Shown: piece by piece, positions 58,873 through 64,000 of the stretch
How the letters are laid out: every line of letters begins with the position of its first letter
How positions within the stretch are numbered: position 1 is the stretch's first letter
Assembly: GCF_009914755.1 (NCBI RefSeq)
Contig: NC_060947.1
Source of the DNA: the human T2T-CHM13v2.0 reference genome, Homo sapiens
Length of the DNA: 64,000 nt
Direction: 5' to 3' (one strand)
The notes under the pieces: model-generated
Databases searched by the model: none
What the model saw: the letters and a program-made list of their open reading frames with translations, nothing else
What the model was told of the DNA's origin: nothing
Made by a program: the position numbers and the translations under genes

Positions 58873-59211
58873 ACAATTTCTTAATCTTCCCATTTTCTCA
58901 CCAATATATGATATTCTCCTTATCCAGATACCATTTTTTTTACTCTCTCTGTAAAATACAACTTCATAATTTTATGGGGTGGGGAAGAATACTTTGGACT
59001 CTAACTGCATCTCAAACAACTTTTATCCATTCCTGTTTAGTTTAGCATTTCCTTCAGCCCCAGATCAGGGGTGCCTGGGACTATCAGTTGGGAGCTATTT
59101 AGAGAGCCTGTAATGTACATAGCTTTAGTTCTTAGTGTGTCCACTGATATCTTAGAATTTGGCTATCTATGATTTACTAAATCAGATTACACTTAACCAT
59201 CTGCTTTCTAG

Positions 59212-59809
59212 TGTTAACCCAAAATGTCTGAGATGGGCCTCAGTCAGTTTAGAAAGTTTATTTTGCCAAGGTTTAGGACATGCTCATGACACAGCCTCAG
59301 GAAATCCTGACGACATGTGTCCAAGGTGGTTGGGCATACAGTTTGCTTTTATACATTTTAGGGAGATATGACACACCAATCAATATGTGTAAGATGTACA
59401 CTGGTTCCGTCTGGTAGGGTGGGACAACTTGAAGTGGGAGTTTCCAGGTTAGAAGTAGATAAGAGACAAAAGGTGGCATTCTTTTGATTCCTTGATCAGC
59501 CTTCTATTGAATACACAATTTAGTCTGGCTCAGTGAATCTACATTTACCATAAACAACAGGGCAGAGGAAGCAATCAGATATGCCTTTGTCTCTGGTGAG
59601 CCTCAGAGGGATGACTTTGAGTCCTGTCTGTCCTTTGTCCACAAGGAATTTCCTGTGGGCAAATTGTGAGGGAGGTATGTAACTTCTTATCTTTGTAGCT
59701 ATCTTACTTAGGAATAAAATGGGGAGCAGATTTGCCTGAACATAGTTCCCAGATGACTTCTATCTTGGCTTAATGATTCTGGGGTCCTAAGATTTATTTT
59801 CATTTCATA
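59212..59809 (-). mobile_element. MER4A-like solo LTR
   Basis: TTTAGAAAGTTTATTTTGCCAAGG...GACACAGCCTCAGG...GATTTATTTTC; 4-bp TSD CTAG. Confidence 0.9.
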
Positions 59810-59851
59810 CTAGCTTCCAAAATTGTGTTGCTGTTATCATGTTTTCCCCAT

Positions 59852-60253
59852 TGTCAGGCTTCTGAGCCCAAGCTAAGCCATCGTATCCCCTGTGACCTGC
59901 ACATACACATCCAGATGGCCAGTTCCTGCCTTAACTGATGACATTCCTCCAAAAAAGAAGTGAAAATGGCCTGTTCCTGCCTTAACTGATGACATTATCT
60001 TGTGAAATTCCTTCTCCTGGGTCAAAAGCTCCCTTACTGAGCACCTTGTGACCCCCACCCCTGCCCGCCAGAGAACAACCCCTTTGACTGTAATTTTCCT
60101 TTACCTACCCAAATCCTATAAAACGGCCCCACCCCTATCTCCCTTCACTGACTCTCTTTTCGGACTCAGCCCGCCTGCACCCAGGTGAAATAAACAGCCT
60201 TGTTGCTCACACAAAGCCTGTTTGGTGGTCTCTTCACATGGTCGCGCATGAAA
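59852..60253 (+). promoter_or_regulatory. LTR7 (HERV-H 5' LTR promoter/enhancer)
   Basis: TGTCAGGC.TCTGAGCCCAAGCTAAGCC start, duplicated GTTCCTGCCTTAACTGATGACATT, TATAAAA at 60117, AATAAA at 60189. Confidence 0.97.
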
Positions 60254-60255
60254 TT

Positions 60256-60273
60256 TGGTGCCATCACTCAGAT
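60256..60273 (+). other. tRNA-His primer binding site (degenerate)
   Basis: TGGTGCCATCACTCAGAT versus His PBS TGGTGCCGTGACTCGGAT (3 mismatches), directly after the LTR. Confidence 0.9.
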
Positions 60274-61729
60274 CAGGGGACCTCCCTTGGGAGATCAATC
60301 CCCTGTCCTCCTGCTCTTTGCTCCATGAGAAAGATCCACCTATGACCTCAGGTCCTCAGACCGACCAGCCCAAGGAACATCTCACCAATTTCAAATCCAG
60401 TAAGCGGCCTCTTTTTACTCTCTTCTCCACCCTCTCTCACTATCCCTCAACCTCTTTCTCCTTTCAATCTTGGCACCACACTTCCATCTCTCCCATCTCT
60501 TATTTTCAATTCCTTTCATTTTCTGGTAGAGACAAAAGAGACACATTTTTTCCGTGGACCCAAAACACCGGCGCCAGTCACAGACTCAGGAAGGCAGCCT
60601 TCCCTTGGTGTTTAATCATTGTGGGGACACCTCTCTGATTATTCACCCACGTTCCACTGGTGTCTGATCTCCACGGAGACGCCTGCCTTGATCATTCACC
60701 CACGTTCCCTTGGTGGCAAGTCAATTGCGGGGACGCCTGCTTTGGCTGCTCAACCACGTTGCAGCCCAGGGCTGCTCCCCACCACCTTCTCTGTGTCTCT
60801 ATCCTTCTCTTTAAACTTGCCTCCTTTACTATGGGCAACCTTCCACCCTCCATTCCCCCTTCTTCTCCCTTAGCCTGTGTTCTTAAAAACCTAAAACCTC
60901 TTCACCTCACACCTGACCTGAAACCTAAATGCCTTATTTTTTTCTGCAATGCTGCTTGACCCCAATACAAACTCAACAGTGGTTCCAAATAGCCAGAAAA
61001 TGGCACTTTCAATTATTCCATCCTACAAGGTCTAAATAATTCTTGTCGTAAAATGGGCAAACGGTCTGAAATGCCTGACGTCCAGGCATTCTTTTACACA
61101 TCGGTCCCTCCCTAGTCTCTGTTCCCAATACAACTCGTCCCAAATCTTCCTTCTTTCCCTCCTGCCTGTCCCCTCAGTCCCAACCCCAAGCGTCGCTGAG
61201 TCTTTCTAATCTTCCTTTTCTACAGACCCATCTGACCTCTCCCCTCCTCGCCAGGCTGAGCTAGGTCCCACTTCTTCCTCAGCCTCCGCTCCTCCACCCT
61301 ATAATCATTTTATCACCTCCCTTCCTCACACCCGGTCCAGCTTACAGTTTTGTTCTGTGACTAGCCCTCCCCCACCTGCCCAGCAATTTACTCTTAAAAA
61401 GGTGGCTGGAGCTAAAGGCGTAGTCAAAGTTAATGCTCCTTTTTCTTTATCCCAAATCAGATAGCATTTAGACTCTTTCTCATCAAATATAAAAACCCAG
61501 CCCAGTTCATGGCAGCAACCCTGAGATGCTTTACAGCCCTAGATCCTAAAAGGTCAAAAGGCCGTCTTATTCTCAATATACATTTTATTACCCAATCTGC
61601 TCCCGACATTTAATAAAACTCCAAAAATTAAATTCCGGCCCTCAAACCCCACAACAGGACTTAATTAACCTTGCCTTCAAGGTGTACAACAATAGAGTAG
61701 AGGCAGCCAAGTAGCAACATATTTCTGAG

Positions 61730-61945
61730 TTGCAATTCCTTGCCTCCACCGTGAGACAAACCCCAGCCACATCTCCAGCACACAAGAACTTCCAAATGCC
61801 TAAACCACAGTGGCCAGGCATTCCTCCAGGCCTGCCTCCCCTAGGAGCTTGCTACAAGTGCCAGAAATCTGGCCACCAGGCCAAGGAAAGTCCACAGCCC
61901 AGGATTCCTCCTAAGCCGCGTCCCATCTGTGTGGGACCCCACTGA
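61730..61945 (+). pseudogene. gag: HERV-H gag nucleocapsid remnant
   Basis: CYKCQKSGHQAKES = CX2CX4HX4C knuckle with the last Cys lost; flanked by stops. Confidence 0.85.
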
Positions 61946-62112
61946 AAATCGGACTGTTCAACTCACCTGGCAGCCACTCCCAGAGCCCCTGGAACTCTGG
62001 CCCAAGGCTCTCTGACTGACTCCTTCCCAGATCTTCTTGGCTCAGCGGCTGAAGACTGATGCTGCCCGATCGCCTCAGAAGCCCCGTAGACCATGATGGA
62101 CACCGAGCTTTA

Positions 62113-62400
62113 GGTAACTCTCACAGTGGAAGATAAGTCCGTCCCCTTCTTAATCAATACGGGGCTACCCACTCCACGTTACCTTCTTTTCAAGGGCCTG
62201 TTTCCCTTGCCTCCATAACTGTTGTGGGTATTGACGGCCAGGCTTCTAATCCTCTTAAAACTCCCCAACTCTAGTGCCAACTTAGACAATACTCTTTTAA
62301 GCACTCCTTTTTAGTTATCCCCACCTGCCCAGTTCCCTTATTAGGCCGAGACACTTTAACTAAATGATCTGCTTCCCTGACTATTCCTGGACTATAGCTA
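62113..62400 (+). pseudogene. pro: HERV-H protease remnant
   Basis: FLINTG then, after a frameshift, ATHSTL at about 62147 (no catalytic Asp); CPVPLLGRD motif; internal stops. Confidence 0.75.
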
Positions 62401-62502
62401 CATCTCATTGCTGCCCTTCTTCCCAATCCAAAGCCTCCTTTGTGTCCTCCTCTTGTATCCCCCCACCTTAACCCACAAGTATAGGATACCTCTACTCCCT
62501 CC

Positions 62503-64000
62503 TTGGTGACCGATCATGCACCCCTTACCATCTCATTAAAACCTAATCACCCTTACCCCGCTCAATGCCAATATCCCATCCCACAGCACGCTTTAAAAGG
62601 ATTAAAGCCTGTTATCACTCGCCTGCTACAGCATGGCCTTTTAAAGCCTATAAACTCTCCTTACAAGTCCCCCATTTTACCTGTCCTAGAACCAGACAAG
62701 CCTTACAGGTTAGTTCAGGATCTGCGCCTTATCAACCAAATTGTTTTGCCTATCCACCCCGTGGTGCCGAACCCATATACTCTCCTATCCTCAATACCTC
62801 CCTCCACAACCCATTATTCTGTTCTGGATCTCAAACATGCTTTCTTTACTATTCCTTTGCACCCTTCATCCCAGCCTGTCTTCGCTTTCACTTGGACTGA
62901 CCCTGACACCCATCAGGCTCAGCAAATTACCTGGGCTGTACTGCCGCAAGTCTTCACAGACAGCCCCCATTACTTCAGTCAAGCCCAAATTTCTTCCTCA
63001 TCTGTTACCTATCTCAGCGTAATTCTCATAAAAACACACGTGCTCTCCCTGCTGATCATGTTCAGCTGATCTCTCAAACCCCGAGAACTACAAAACAACA
63101 ACTCCTTTCCTTCCTAGGCATGGTTGGATACTTTCGACTTTAGATAGCTGGTTTTGCCATCCTAACAAAACCATTATATAAACTCACAAAAAGAAACCTA
63201 GCTGACCCCATAGATCCTAAATCCTTTCCCCACTCCTCTTTCCATTCCTTGAAGACAGCTTTAGAGGCTGCCCCCACCCTAGCTCTCCCTGATTTATCCC
63301 AACCCTTTTCATTACACACAGCTGAAGTGCAGGGCTGTGCAGTCAGGATTCTTACATAAGGACCGGGATCATGTCCTGTAGCCTTTTTATCCAAACAACT
63401 TGACCTTACTGTTTTGCCTAGCCCTCAAGTCTGCGTGCAGCGGCCGCCGCTGCCCTAATACTTTTAGAGGCCCTTAAAATCACAAACTATGCTCAACTCA
63501 CTCTCTGCAGTTCTCATAACTTCCAAAATCTATTTTCTTCCTCACACCTGACACATACTTTCTGCTCCCCGGCTCCTTCAGCTGTACTCACTCTTTGTTA
63601 AGTCTCCCACAATTACCATCGTTCCTGGCCCGGACTTCAATCCAGCCTCCCACATTATTCCTGATACCACACCTGACCCCCATGACTCTATCTCTCTGAT
63701 CCACCTGACATTCACCCCATTTCCCCATATTTCCTTCTTCCCTGTTTCTCACCCTGATCACACTTGGTTTATTGATGGCAGTTCCACCAGGCCTAATCGC
63801 CACACACCAGCAAAGGCAGGCTATGCTATAGTACAAGCCACTAGCCCACCTCTTAGAACCTCTCATTTCCTTTCCATGGTGGAAATCTATCCTCAAGGAA
63901 ATAACTTCTCAGTGTTCCATCTGCTATTCTACTACTCCTCAGGGATTATTCAGGCCCCCTTCCTTCCCTACACATCAAGCTCGGAGATTTGCCCCCATCC
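62503..64000 (+). pseudogene. pol: HERV-H pol remnant (RT, RNase H)
   Basis: ORF 62503-63069 YRLVQDLRLIN...VLDLKHAFF...LPQVFTDSP with no YxDD motif; WFIDGSS at about 63765. Confidence 0.92.

Larger units (their letters stand above)
60254..64000 (+). mobile_element. HERV-H internal sequence, common deleted type; continues beyond the window
   Basis: Leader repeats (ATTCACCCACGTTCC), splice donor GTAAGC at 60400, gag/pro/pol remnants. Confidence 0.97.

Noticed and set aside
62503-63069. 188-aa reverse-transcriptase ORF as a functional or novel RT system
   Set aside because: Standard HERV-H pol fragment lacking the catalytic YxDD motif, surrounded by stops and frameshifts.

Overview
Primate (human-like) genomic DNA, AT-rich and dominated by interspersed repeats; I recognise no intact protein-coding gene. 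Most longer ORFs in the track are translations of Alu, L1, MaLR or ERV sequence. Content: about 18 Alu copies or fragments, several large L1 relics (L1MA/MB/MC/MD/ME/PB/PA-type), MaLR LTRs (MST, THE1C with internal part, MLT1), ERV1/ERVL solo LTRs, DNA-transposon MITEs (MER20, MER58A, MER5, Tigger3a, Charlie, MADE1), MIR/L2 relics, and the 5' 4.1 kb of a deleted-type HERV-H provirus (LTR7, tRNA-His PBS, gag/pro/pol remnants) running off the right edge. Subfamily names come from remembered consensus sequences and need Dfam/RepeatMasker confirmation. I see no convincing evidence of a new biological system. The best unexplained signals are an ungapped 129-bp diverged duplication in apparently unique DNA (5306/9004), a candidate spliced exon pair near 31-34 kb, an AT-rich palindromic minisatellite, an octamer-rich LTR near an LTR7 with an apparently mutated SOX site, and several fossil repair/retrotransposition events.
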